DNA of 64,000 nucleotides, from positions 558,001-622,000 of the forward strand of contig BROI01000019.1 of NCBI GenBank assembly GCA_027923505.1. The letters are read 5' to 3'. The notes beneath the pieces are model-generated. The model was not told the origin of the DNA. It worked only from the letters and a program-made list of their open reading frames with translations, and searched no databases. Made by a program: the position numbers and the translations under genes. This document shows positions 46,387 through 59,300 of this stretch, piece after piece. Each line of letters opens with the position of its first letter. The stretch's first letter is position 1. This DNA is from Mayamaea pseudoterrestris. Taxonomy: Eukaryota.

Positions 46387-46951
46387 TAGCAGCTTCGAGC
46401 GACTCAAGCTTGATGGCTACTTGCAGCGTAGCGGTACGGTAAAAGCGTCACTCCGAATCTACGAATTGTGCATGGATGCAAACCAACTTTCTCGCGACGG
46501 GGAGCAAGGTGTGTACCGCTCCGACGATCATTTGACTTTTCATTCTTGCTTTCGGAACAGATGGTCGCAGACCATGAGTATTCGACCACAAACAAGCAAG
46601 CATGCTGCCATCACCGCTTTTCGCTTAGCGACTATACGTAGAATATAAGATTGAAGTGCTTTCAAGCGCTCATTGCACAATGCTGAGCTTGATGGCTTGT
46701 TTGTCATTGTATTATGAAGCCGTTATGGAACGCGAGCCTCGAGTGGAACGTGGAACGACGACAAAATTGTCGAGCATCAACGTTGCGACGGTCATTCGTG
46801 ACCTCGAGGAACCAGCTTGATCCTCCTCTTTCAATATGCAAGATGTGCAAGAAATGGACATCTTTAACCTGTGGTGATATCTGCATGCGCATGACCAACG
46901 AAAGTTGCACTCAAACGAACCAGCAGTCGTGAGACTCGCGAAACAGAGGCA

Positions 46952-48856
46952 ATGGGTTGCTTATGTTGCTGTAAGAGTTCGTTTGTCAAAGCATGGTTTG
47001 CAATATTCGCATATTCGCTCCTTTCGCAATGCGTTTCATCGCTCACTTTCAAGAACGGAGCGAAGGACGATGCAACTGCCTACACGCTGCCACAAGTTTC
47101 CGTGATTGCTGAGTACGCCACACAAGCTCAGCTACGCATTACAAGTACATCCGACACTTTGCAAGGTCCGCTTCAAAAGCAGACAGAGATTTATTTGGCC
47201 GTCTACATGTTTAGAGAGTTTTCTGTGCAGCAATCTCTAAATTTTGGAAAACTTGTTTCGTTTTCGCTGGATGCCAAAGTCTACACCTTGCCCTACAACG
47301 AAACGCATACCTTACTGCAGGCAGACTTGCAGGGCAACATTTACTGGCTCGACCAGCCAGCGAAATCGGACGTTACGACTGCCATGCTCGACTTGTACCA
47401 GCAAGCATTCATGACAAAGGAAGGCGTGGGCGAATTGCAGAATCGCTTTCAAGATGAACTTGGCTTGGAGGGAGTCGAGATATTGCGCACACGAGTACAA
47501 GATCGCAAGTATAATACGCGCACGGGCAAGACATCTGGGGAAAAGCCGCAGGGTGCCGCTCCTGCTAACCCAGATGCATCACCGTCGTCTCCAGAAACAT
47601 CTGAAAGCAGCAGTTTCATCATCAGCAATTATTTATTGATCTTTATCGCTGTTATTCTTGTTGCATTGTCACTCCTCCTTGCAGTCTTTGCTATATGCGT
47701 CAGTAAGCGCAAGTACCAGCAACGTGTACGCGCCGAAAATGCGAAAGTGACGGAGAAGCAAGCTGAAGCGGCGTCCTTGCCGACGGATCCAGGCGGCGAA
47801 GACGTTGAAAGTGTCGTGAGCAATTATAGTGGAGGAGATGCAGGTCTTTTACCTGGCAAAACAGACAAAGACCGCCCTGATGATCTTTTGCGGGGCTGGG
47901 CAAGCCCGCAAGAGCCATCACAGTTCGTGCAGAACGTTCGCAACAGCAGGGCGCTTAATACATTCCTGAAAGTTGTGGGACTCGAGACCCCAGCAGATCC
48001 TGAACAAGCCGACAAAGGTAACTTTCGGCAGAACGAGCGCGAAAGAATTTTAAACGATGGAACTGCCATTGAGCGAAGCGAAAAACTTGTGGTACCAAAG
48101 TACAAGAAGGATATATTTAGCATGAATAGTGCAAAGCTCGAGCAGAATCTTGATGATCTCTATAGCCTTTCATTTTCCAACATCCAGCAGGCAGCGGAAG
48201 ACCAGAAAGTAATTGAAGATGATGAACCGGAGAACGGAGAGATATTGGACGTTGATGTACTTGCTGTGTCTGCGGTGCATCGCCTCACGCGTGCACACAG
48301 CGCGCCTTTGTCGGACAGGTTGGGAAGTTCTACCACTGAAAAAGTTTCTGATGACCGACCACTTGTTTCATCACTGAACACTGCCCATTCAAAAACACCC
48401 GGTGAAGCGGAGCAAGCGAGACGCGACGATTTGATGAGAGCGTGGAATCGAGTTGAAGAAAAAGTGTGTGCAGATAAGAAGACACTAATGAGTGCGCCAC
48501 CTATTTCGATTGATTACAAGACTGATAGCAACGTCAGCGATCTCATGCGAGGCTGGAAGTATGACGACGGGAGATCCGTTGGGCACATTTCGAGCAGCGA
48601 AGAAAGCAAACTGCGAAATAGTGGCGTCGCCGCAGCTGGCACTTGTGTTGGTCCGACAATGACTGAAAAAGAAGCAGGTACAATTTTCGAACGCCTTGTT
48701 GCTTCGCCGGCTGCGGACGAGTCTGGCTTTGTGCTCCCGACTACGAAAAACATGTCTGGCTCGTCTGATGAACACACAGAGCCTACAATGGATGTCAGCT
48801 ACGAGACTGAAGCCGGCGCTTCGTCCGCATCTTTCGATGAGCACTCGGACTTGTAG
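46952..48856 (+). CDS. Hypothetical type I membrane protein
   Basis: 634-aa ORF; hydrophobic N-terminus, ectodomain, TM YLLIFIAVILVALSLLLAVFAICV, long acidic tail. Confidence 0.8.
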   Translation: MGCLCCCKSSFVKAWFAIFAYSLLSQCVSSLTFKNGAKDDATAYTLPQVSVIAEYATQAQLRITSTSDTLQGPLQKQTEIYLAVYMFREFSVQQSLNFGKLVSFSLDAKVYTLPYNETHTLLQADLQGNIYWLDQPAKSDVTTAMLDLYQQAFMTKEGVGELQNRFQDELGLEGVEILRTRVQDRKYNTRTGKTSGEKPQGAAPANPDASPSSPETSESSSFIISNYLLIFIAVILVALSLLLAVFAICVSKRKYQQRVRAENAKVTEKQAEAASLPTDPGGEDVESVVSNYSGGDAGLLPGKTDKDRPDDLLRGWASPQEPSQFVQNVRNSRALNTFLKVVGLETPADPEQADKGNFRQNERERILNDGTAIERSEKLVVPKYKKDIFSMNSAKLEQNLDDLYSLSFSNIQQAAEDQKVIEDDEPENGEILDVDVLAVSAVHRLTRAHSAPLSDRLGSSTTEKVSDDRPLVSSLNTAHSKTPGEAEQARRDDLMRAWNRVEEKVCADKKTLMSAPPISIDYKTDSNVSDLMRGWKYDDGRSVGHISSSEESKLRNSGVAAAGTCVGPTMTEKEAGTIFERLVASPAADESGFVLPTTKNMSGSSDEHTEPTMDVSYETEAGASSASFDEHSDL

Positions 48857-49107
48857 GAGCTTCTGTTAACAAGTAAGCTAAGATGTGCATGTTAAGTTAT
48901 CTCTAAATACACGATGCAGTAGCCTCTTTTCATCTATATATTATTAGCTATTTGTAGAAGTTCGAATATAATTGTACAAACAATCAAAGTCCTTTTAGCC
49001 CTGCCTGTGCGGCGGGCAGCCAGCAGTGCTCTCAGAGTATGCAGTGATGCTGTTTTTGAATGGCTAGAGACAGCTAATGCGTACCATTTTTTTTAAAAAA
49101 GAAAGTA

Positions 49108-50514
49108 TTATACAGATACACCGGTGTGGCTCCGATCATAGAGCGAGTTAGTCGAGATTGACGACACTGACTCTGACGCATTTGAAGCACCTTCGAGTGC
49201 CTGCTGCGCAAACAAGTTATGTCCGCAGCCTTTTGGAATCCGTGGCATGCGAGCCCGCGTATGAGGCATCCGAATAAAGTAGCATCCAGCGGTCTCTGCA
49301 ATGTGTTCGGATCGAATGTCAGCCTCGTCCGAGGTTTCTCGAGCCGAGTCGCTAAAGTTTCCACAGCTCGGGCTATAGGGTCCCTGCGCGGTCTTGTCGT
49401 CAATGATAATGCCTTGCTTCTCGGATCCAAAGTCCAATGCATCTTGAAAAGCTTGCAAACACCAGTTAATGAAAATTGCTCCGGGTAGTAGCAATGGTAT
49501 TCCGAAACAAACCACCATCCAGCCATATCCTTGGTGCATCGGCTCCAAATGCTCCACAACGTGAATTGCACCAGCTATACTGCCCAAAACCAGCGATCCC
49601 GATAGGGCCATGGATAGTTTTCTGCATTTGGACGCCTTCCAAAGGCAATATTCCTCGTCCAGAAACTGCTGCTGCTGTTCTTCCTCCTGCAGCTCCTTTT
49701 CATAATCGTCGCGAATCACCGAATATGTTGGCTCTTGCGGCAAAACAAGCAGCTCCACATTGCTGAAGCCTTCCTCAAGAGGCAGCTGACTCTCGAATTG
49801 TTTCCGAATGTGGAGTCGATGCGGTTTTGCAAGGCTGTTCGAGTAGTATTGGTTCGTGCATTCCGAAATGAGCGAAGGACAATTGATTGCGGCAGCCCAG
49901 ATTTGTGCATTGTCCAACGAATCAACTGTATCCATGATTGGGCTCATGACGGGTACCATATAGTCAATGACGGCGCTATAGACTGGTATACCAAGCTCCG
50001 AGTCTCGTATTGATACTTGACGAATATGTCCAAGTACAATCATACTCTCCGTTTGGTACTTGCCGCGCAATTCACTTTCCGCGCTCTTGACGACACTGGA
50101 AAGCATCCAGACGGCCCACCCCAGCGCCATGGCGAGACAGGCAAACACATCGGAAATGTGCGTATAGTAGTTGGCGTAATTGTGGCGTTGATTGTTGTAG
50201 CGATAGGAGCGTCCGCCCGCATCGGCGTCGTAGTATGGATCGCGACTATAGGAACGTCTGTAGGAGTACTGGTAAGTGTTGTAGTTGTTCGCGTAGTGAT
50301 GATTGTTGTGATTGTTATTATGATTATTCCTGTCGCGGTCGTCTCGATTATTATGTTGCCGATTGTTGTGGTCCTCCAACGCACGTTGTCGACGATGCAG
50401 CAACGGCTGCTCTATGACGGCTGCGGCATCGATACGCGTCACGCAGCATGCCAGAAACGCGGTCGCGGAGGTCAGTTTTCTTCTAAAAGAGCTTCGTAGC
50501 TTACAGTTAGTCAT
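49108..50514 (-). CDS. Hypothetical multi-pass membrane protein with N/H/Y/R-rich N-terminal region
   Basis: 468-aa ORF; signal-like segment, HNNNNHNN/YxY low complexity, three further hydrophobic segments. Confidence 0.75.
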   Translation of the reverse strand: MTNCKLRSSFRRKLTSATAFLACCVTRIDAAAVIEQPLLHRRQRALEDHNNRQHNNRDDRDRNNHNNNHNNHHYANNYNTYQYSYRRSYSRDPYYDADAGGRSYRYNNQRHNYANYYTHISDVFACLAMALGWAVWMLSSVVKSAESELRGKYQTESMIVLGHIRQVSIRDSELGIPVYSAVIDYMVPVMSPIMDTVDSLDNAQIWAAAINCPSLISECTNQYYSNSLAKPHRLHIRKQFESQLPLEEGFSNVELLVLPQEPTYSVIRDDYEKELQEEEQQQQFLDEEYCLWKASKCRKLSMALSGSLVLGSIAGAIHVVEHLEPMHQGYGWMVVCFGIPLLLPGAIFINWCLQAFQDALDFGSEKQGIIIDDKTAQGPYSPSCGNFSDSARETSDEADIRSEHIAETAGCYFIRMPHTRARMPRIPKGCGHNLFAQQALEGASNASESVSSISTNSLYDRSHTGVSV

Positions 50515-50828
50515 GGTGTGAATTACTAGAATGGTGGTTGCTGATGGACGCTCGGAGCGTGTGACACTTTTTTGCGTTCGCCATGGTCGCTCGCGGCGAC
50601 TGTTTTCATGAACGATAGGACGTCATCAGCTGTTCTGTAACGGCTGCGACGAGCCGGCAACGTCTCATTACCACTACGACAGATCCTGACGCTTCGCGAT
50701 CTTTTCATGCGCGTCAGCGCGGCGCGCCGCGAATCCATCGATCATTCTCACCATGGCACTTTCTGACTTTGTGAGCAGCTTCACTTTCTCTCAGTTACAT
50801 AGAATCTATCTACTCATAGAACATTACC

Positions 50829-52112
50829 ATGCAACAGAATCCCCCCATCTGCGGTGGCAACTGTTGCTGCTTCCAATGTGTTCGTCAGCAAGAAGTGTAA
50901 GAACCTCCGGCATTCGGCAGCAAGCCACGTGCAACGTTACATCGCGACGAAACACTTTCAAATGCAATCGAATCTTACTCTTTCATCTCGCATTTTGACG
51001 CAGAGCTGTTGTCGAGAATCTCGGAGAGTTTAAAGGTATGTTTGACTTCGTTGACTATCGCTATCTATGTTTTTCTTGCATGCCTGCATGGCGTCGGCGC
51101 TTGACCGACGAGTGTGCGATTTTTGATGGTGAATTCATCGCATTCATAGTGATCTAGCCTCAGACATTTTATTTTGTTTTAGTATCCTAAAGCTCACGCT
51201 TCTATCCTTACTATCTACAGAACTCCTTGACCCTGGATTGCACTGCATTCTTTGGCCCCTTCAGTGCGTCGTTGGTCGCTTGTCGCTTCGCCTCCAGCAA
51301 CTCAACGTGACCTGCGAAACCAAGACGAAGGACAATGTCTTTATTCAAGTCGCCGTGGCGGTGCAGTATCGCGTCATTCTCGAGGGAGCCTACAATGCGT
51401 GGTATCGCTTAACGGATCCTCGTGGGCAGATTCAAAGTTACGTGTTTGACGTTGTCCGCTCCACCATTCCCAAGATGGAACTCGACGAAGCCTTTGCAAG
51501 CAAGGATGACATTGCCAAGGCCGTCTTGACGTCGTTGCAGCGCGTCATGCAGGAATATGGGTATGAGATTCGCGCGACGCTGGTGACGGACCTCATGCCC
51601 GACAGCAAGGTCAAGGCGAGCATGAACGAGATTAACGCTAGCCGACGATTAAAGGAAGCTGCCTCGCACAAGGCTGAAGCTGAAAAGACTAGGTACGCAA
51701 GAGTGGGTGCCTCATATCTGCGATGCATTGGTGTGATTGGCAAATTTCAATATGATTCAGTTGTAGTTGTAGTTGCCAACACTGACCTGTCCATCTTCAT
51801 CAATTATTCTCCAGACAAGTAAAGGCTGCGGAAGCAGAGGCGGAAGCTCGCTACTTGTCAGGCTTGGGTGTGGCGCGTCAGCGGAAGGCTATCATCGAGG
51901 GTCTCCAAGCATCCGTGGCGGAATTTACCGAGGAGGTTGATGGCACCAGCGCAAGCGACGTCATGAGCATTCTACTCTTGACGCAGTATCTTGATACTTT
52001 GAGTGCTGTGGGTGCCAATTCCATCTTTTTGGAACATGATCCTGCGACGGTGGCAAACCTGCAGGCAACCATTGGTGAACACTTTTTGAAGACTGCCAGC
52101 AACTCCAAGTGA
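50829..52112 (+). CDS. SPFH/Band-7 protein, hypersensitive-induced-response (HIR)-like; join(50829..50896,51004..51035,51221..51692,51815..52112)
   Basis: Three GT-AG introns with consistent phases give CCCFQCVRQQEVAVVENLGEFKELLDPGLH, CETKTKDNVF, SYVFDVVRS, AEAEARYLSGLGVARQR, LLTQYLDTL. Confidence 0.92.
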
Positions 52113-52327
52113 ATGTCATCGCCTTTCGTCCCCCTACGATGAGCATGACTTTTCATCCTGACAGTAATTAGTAAATAATGTAGGACTCGTATACGTAGTA
52201 AAATCATGTGATCAAGAAGTTATGTGTTCATGAAGCTGCTATTTACAGAAGGCATTGTGACAGAGATGAATCATATTTGGAAATTGCCGATGTTTTACAT
52301 CACTAGTACGGGAGGTATGGTGGAAGA

Positions 52328-53330
52328 GAGACACCAGCCAGTCAACGTATCTTGTAGCGCACCTGAAATAAGGATGTTTGCACCATTCTGGCTTGATTTG
52401 GGCATACACATGGCTCAAGGTATGGGCATTTAAAAGGCGGCAGCTGCTGGCTAAGAGTGGTGACAAGTTACCACCAAGCACATTGCAGTCCACTGAGACA
52501 CCAGCCTACACTTTAGATAAGGATGTTACCACCATTCTGGCTTCATTTGGTCATACACATGGCTCGAGGTATGGGCATTTGAAAAACATGACAGATGCTG
52601 GCTGAGACTGGTGACAAGTTAATATCAATCACGTTGAAGTCCTTAATGACACTAGTTAGTCCACTTATCTTGCAGAGCACCAGAAATAAGGATGTATACA
52701 CCATTCTAGCTTGATGTGGGCATACACATGGCTCAAGGTATGGGCATTTGAAAGGTGTGGTAGCTGCTAGCTGAGACTGGTGACAAGTTTTCACCAATTA
52801 TATTGCAGTCCACTGAGACACCAACCAGTTAGCTTATCATGAAGCGCACCTGAATAAGGATGTTTGCACCATTTCAACTTGAGTTGGGTGTGCACATGGC
52901 TCAAGGTATGGGCATTTGAAAGGCTTGGCATCTGCAATCTGAGATTGGTGACAACTTGTCACCAATCACATTGCAGTCCACAGAGACACCAGCCAGGCAT
53001 ACAATCTTCTCGCGCAGACTGAATAATGATGTTGGCACCATTATGGTGTGATTTGGATGTATACATGGCATGTTATATGGGCAATTGAATGTAATGGCAT
53101 CAGCGGGCTGAGATTGGTGACAACTTGTCACCAATCACATTGAAGTCCACGAAGACACAAGCCAGGAATACCATATTTGTAGCACAGACTGAATAATGAT
53201 GTTGGCACCATTCTGGTGTGATTTGGGTGTATAAATGGCATGTTATATGAGCAATTGAATGTAATGGCATCTGCAGGCTGAGATTGGTGACAAGTTGTCA
53301 CCAACCACATTGCAGTCCACGGACAAGTTC
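52328..53330. repeat. Diverged edge monomers of the 169-bp satellite (~6 copies, some partial)
   Basis: Recognisable GAGACACCAGCC, CACCATTCTGG, GGCATTTGAA and TGGTGACAA(C/G)TTGTCACCA blocks with many substitutions and indels. Confidence 0.88.
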
Positions 53331-56300
53331 TCATCAAATACATTGCCATCCCCTGAGACACCAGCCAAGCCTACCATCTTGTAGCGCAGCCTGAATAATG
53401 ATGTTGGCACCAATCTGGTGTATTTTGGGCACCTACAGGGCTTGCTGTAGGGGTGTTTGAATGACACGGCATCTGCGGGCTGTGACAGATGACAAGTTGT
53501 CACCAAATACATTGCCATCCCCTGAGTCACCAGCCAAGCCTACCATCTTAAAGCGCAGCCTGAATAATGATGTTGGCACCATTCTGGTGTATTTTGGGCA
53601 CCTACAGGGCTTGCTGTAGGGGCGTTTGAATGTCACGGCAGCTGCGGGCTGAGACTGGTGACAAGTTGTCACCAATCACATTGCCATCCCCTGAGACACC
53701 AGCCAAGCCTACCATCTTGTAGCGCAGCCTGAATTTTGATGTTGGCACCATTCTGGTGTATTTTGGGCACCTACAGGGCTTGCTGCAGGGGTGTGTGAAT
53801 GTCACGGCATCTGCGGGCTGAGACTGGTGACAAGTTGTCACCAAATACATTGCCATCCCCTGAGACACCAGCTAAGCCTACCATCTTGCAGCGCAGCCTG
53901 AATAATGATGTTGGCATCATGCTGGTGTATTTTGGGCACCTACAGGGCTTGCTGTAGGGTGTTTGAATGTCACGGCATCTGCGGGCTGAGACTGGTGACA
54001 AGTTGTCACCAAATACATTGCCATCCCCTGAGACACCAGCCAAGCCTACCATCTTGCAGCGCAGCCTGAATAATGATGTTGGCACCATGCTGGTGTATTT
54101 TGGGCACCTACAGGGCTTGCTGTAGGGTGTTTGAATGTCACGGCATCTGCGGGTGGAGACTGGTGACAAGTTGTCACCAAATACATTGCCATCCCCTGAG
54201 ACACCAGCCAAGCCTACCATCTTGTAGCGCAGCCTGAATAATGATGTTGGCACCATTCTGGTGTATTTTGGGCACCTACAGGGCTTGCTGTAGGGGCGTT
54301 TGAATGTCACGGCATCTGCGGGCTGAGACTGGTGACAAGTTGTCACCAAATACATTGCCATCCCCTGAGACACCAGCCAAGCCTACCATCTTGTAGCGCA
54401 GCCTGAATAATGATGTTGGCACCATTCTGGTGTATTTTGGGCACCTACAGGGCTTGCTGTAGGGGCGTTTGAATGTCACGGCATCTGCGGGCTGAGACTG
54501 GTGACATGTTGTCACCAAATACATTGCCATCCCCTGAGACACCAGCCAAGCTTACCATCTTGTAGCGCAGCCTGAATAATGATGTTGGCACCATTCTGGT
54601 GTATTTTGGGCACCTACAGGGCTTGCTGCAGGGGCGTTTGAATGTCACGGCATCTGCGGGCTGAGACTGGTGACAAGTTGTCACCAGATACATTGCCATC
54701 CCCTGAGACACCAGCCAAGCCTACCATCTTGTAGCGCAGCCTGAATAATGATGTTGGCACCATTCTGGTGTATTTTGGGCACCTACAGGGCTTGCTGTAG
54801 GGGCGTTTGAATGTCACAGCATCTGCGGGCTGAGACTGGTGACAAGTTGTCACCAAATACATTGCCATCCCCTGAGACACCAGCCAAGCCTACCATCTTG
54901 TAGCGCAGCCTGAAGTATGATGTTGGCACCATTCTGGTGTATTTTGGGCACCTACAGGGCTTGCTGTAGGGGCGTTTGAATGACACGGCATCTGCGGGCT
55001 GAGACTGGTGACAAGTTGTCACCAAATACATTGCCATCCCCTGAGACAACAGCCAAGCCTACCATCTTGTAGCGCAGCCTGAATAATGATGTTGGCACCA
55101 TTCTGGTGTATTTTGGGCACCTACAGGGCTTGCTGAAGGGGCGTTTGAATGTCACGGCATCTGCGGGCTGAGACTGGTGACAAGTTGTCACCAAATACAT
55201 TGCCATCCCCTGAGTCACCAGCCAAGCCTACCATCTTAAAGCGCAGCCTGAATAATGATGTTGGCACCATTCTGGTGTATTTTGGGCACCTACAGGGCTT
55301 GCTGTAGGGGCGTTTGAATGTCACAGCATCTGCGGGCTGAGACTGGTGACTAGTTGTCACCAAATACATTGCCATCCCCTGAGACACCAGCCAAGCCTAC
55401 CATCTTGTAGCGCAGCCTGAAGTTTGATGTTGGCACCATTCTGGTGTATTTTGGGCACCTACAGGGCTTGCTGTAGGGGCGTTTGAATGTCACGGCATCT
55501 GCGGGCTGAGACTGGTGACAAGTTGTCACCAAATACATTGCCATCCCCTGAGACAACAGCCAAGCCTACCATCTTGTAGCGCAGCCTGAATAATGATGTT
55601 GGCACCATTCTGGTGTATTTTGGGCACCTACAGGGCTTGCTGAAGGGGCGTTTGAATGTCACGGCATCTGCGGGCTGAGACTGGTGACAAGTTGTCACCA
55701 AATACATTGCCATCCCCTGAGACACCAGCCAAGCCTACCATCTTGTAGCGCAGCCTGAATAATGATGTTGGCACCATTCTGGTGTATTTTGGGCACCTAC
55801 AGGGCTTGCTGTAGGGGCGTTTGAATGTCACAGCATCTGCGGGCTGAGACTGGTGACTAGTTGTCACCAAATACATTGCCATCCCCTGCGACACCAGCCA
55901 AGCCTGCCATCTTGTAACGCAGCCTGAGTAATGATGTTGGCACCATTCTGGTGTATTTTGGGCACCTACAGGGCTTGCTGCAGGGGTGTTTGAATGTCAC
56001 GGCATCTGTGGGCTGAGACTGGTGACAAGTTGTCACCAAATACATTGCCATCCCCTGAGACACCAGCCAAGCCTACCATCTTGTAGCGCAGCCGGAATAA
56101 TGATGTTGGCACCATTCTGGTGTATTTTGGGCACCTACAGGGCTTGCTGTAGGGGCGTTTGAATGTCACGGCATCTGCGCGCTGAGACTGGTGACAAGTT
56201 GTCACCAAATACATTGCCATCCCCTGAGACACCAGCCAAGCATACCATCTTGTAGCGCAGCCTGAATAATGATGTTGGCACCATTCTGGTGTATTTTGGG

Positions 56301-59300
56301 CACCTACAGGGCTTGCTGTAGGGGCATTTGAATGACACAGCATCTGCGGGCTGAGACTGGTGACAAGTTGTCACCAAATACATTGCCATCCCCTGAGACA
56401 CCAGCCAAGCCTACCATCTTGTAGCGCAGCCTGAATAATGATGTTGGCACCATTCTGGTGTATTTTGGGCACCTACAGGGCTTGCTGTAGGGGCGTTTGA
56501 ATGACACGGCATCTGTGGGCTGTGACTGGTGACAAGTTGTCACCAAATACATTGCCGTCCCCTGAGACTCCAGCCAAGCCTACCATCTTGTAGTGCAGCC
56601 GGAAAATGATGTTGGCATCATGCTGGTGTATTTTGGGCACCTACAGGGCTTGCTGTAGGGGCGTTTGAATGTCACGGCATCTGTGCGCTGAGACTGGTGA
56701 CAAGTTGTCACCAAATACATTGCCATCCCCTGAGACACCAGCCAAGCCTACCATCTTGTAGCGCAGCCGGAAAAATGATGTTGGCACCATTCTGGTGTAT
56801 TTTGGGCACCTACAGGGCTTGCTGTAGGGGCGTTTGAATGTCACGGCATCTGCGGGCTGAGACTGGTGACAAGTTGTCACCAAATACATTGCCATCCCTA
56901 AGACACCAGCCAAGCCTACCATCTTGTAGCGCAGCCTGAATAATGATGTTGGCACCATTCTGGTGTATTTTAGGCACCTACAGGGCTTGCTGTAGGGGCA
57001 TTTGAATGTCACGGCATCTGCGGGCTGAGACTGGTGACAAGTTGTCACCAAATACATTGCCATCCCCTGAGACACCAGCCAAGCCTACCATCTTGTAGCG
57101 CAGCCGGAATAATGATGTTGGCACCATTCTGGTGTATTTTGGGCACCTACAGGGCTTGCTGTAGGGGCGTTTGAATGTCACGGCATCTGCGGGCTGAGAC
57201 TGGTGACAAGTTGTCACCAAATACATTGCCATCCCCTGAGACACCAGCCAAGCCTACCATCTTGTAGCGCAGCCTGAATAATGATGTTGGCACCATTCTG
57301 GTGTATTTTGGGCACCTACAGGGCTTGCTGTAGGGGCGTTTGAATGTCACGGCATCTGCGGGCTGAGACTGGTGACAAGTTGTCACCAAATACATTGCCA
57401 TCCCCTGAGACACCAGCCAAGAGTACCATCATGTAGCGCAGCCTGAATAATGGTGTTGGCACCATTCTGGTGTATTTTGGGCACCTACAGGGCTTGCTGT
57501 AGGGGCGTTTGAATGTCACGGCATCTGCGGGCTGAGACTGGTGACAAGTTGTCACCAAATACATTGCCATCCCCTGAGACACCAGCCAAGCCTACCATCT
57601 TGTAGCGCAGCCGGAATAATGATGTTGGCACCATTCTGGTGTATTTTGGGCACCTACAGGGCTTGCTGTAGGGGCGTTTGAATGTCACGGCATCTGCGGG
57701 CTGAGACTGGTGACAAGTTGTCACCAAATACATTGCCATCCCCTGAGACACCAGCCAAGCCTACCATCTTGTAGCGCAGCCTGAATAATGATGTTGGCAC
57801 CATTCTGGTGTATTTTGGGCACCTACAGGGCTTGCTGTAGGGGCGTTTGAATGTCACGGCATCTGCGGGCTGAGACTGGTGACAAGTTGTCACCAAATAC
57901 TTTGCCATCCCCTGAGTCACTAGCCAAGCCTACCATCTTGTAGCGCAGCCGGAATAATGATGTTGGCAACATTCTGGTGTATTTTGGGCACCTACAGGGC
58001 TTGCTGCAGGGGCGTTTGAATGTCACGGCATCTGCGGGCTGAGACTGGTGACAAGTTGTCACCAAATACATTGCCATCCCCTGAGACACCAGCCAAGCCT
58101 ACCATCTTGTAGCGCAGCCGGAATAATGATGTTGGCACCATTCTGGTGTATTTTGGGCACCTACAGGGCTTGCTGTAGGGGCGTTTGAATGTCACGGCAT
58201 CTGCGGGCTGAGACTGGTGACAAGTTGTCACCAAATACATTGCCATCCCCTGAGACACCAGCCAAGCCTACCATCTTGTAGCGCAGCCTGAATAATGATG
58301 TTGGCACCATTCTGGTGTATTTTGGGCACCTACAGGGCTTGCTGTAGGGGCGTTTGAATGTCACGGCATCTGCGGGCTGAGACTGGTGACAAGTTGTCAC
58401 CAAATACATTGCCATCCCCTGACACACCAGCCAAGCCTACCATCTTGTAGCGCAGCCGGGATATTGATGTTGGCACCATTCTGGTGTATTTTGGGCTCCT
58501 ACATGGCTTGCTGTAAGGGCGTTTGAATGTCATGGCATCTGCGGGCTGAGACTGGTGACAAGTTGTCACCAAATACATTGCCATCCCCTGAGACACCAGC
58601 CAAGCCTACCATCTTAAAGCGCAGCCTGAATAATGATGTTGGCACCATTCTGGTGTATTTTGGGCACCTACAGGGCTTGCTGTAGGGGCGTTTGAATGTC
58701 ACGGCATCTGCGGGCTGAGACTGGTGACAAGTTGTCACCAAATACATTGCCATCCCCTGAGACACCAGCCAAGCCTACCATCTTGTAGCGCAGCTGGAAC
58801 AATGATGTTGGCACCATTCTGGTGTATTTTAAGCACCTACAGGGCTTGCTGTAGGGGCATTTGAATGTCACGGCATCTGTGCGCTGAGACTGGTGACAAG
58901 TTGTCACCAAATACATTGCCATCCCCTGAGACACCAGCCAAGAGTACCATCATGTAGCGCAGCCTAAATAATGATGTTGGCACCATTCTGGTGTATTTTG
59001 GGCACCTACAGGGCTTGCTGTAGGGGCGTTTGAATGTCACGGCATCTGCGGGCTGTGACTGGTGACAAGTTGTCACCAAATACATTGCCATCCCCTGAGA
59101 CACCAGCCAAGCCTACCATCTTGTAGCGCAGCCGGAACAATGATGTTGGCACCATTCTGGTGTATTTGGGCACCTACAGGGCTTGCTGTAGGGGCGTTTG
59201 AATGTCACGGCATCTGCGGGCTGAGACTGGTGACAAGTTGTCACCAAATACATTGCCATCCCCTGAGACACCAGCCAAGCCTACCATCTTGTAGCGCAGC

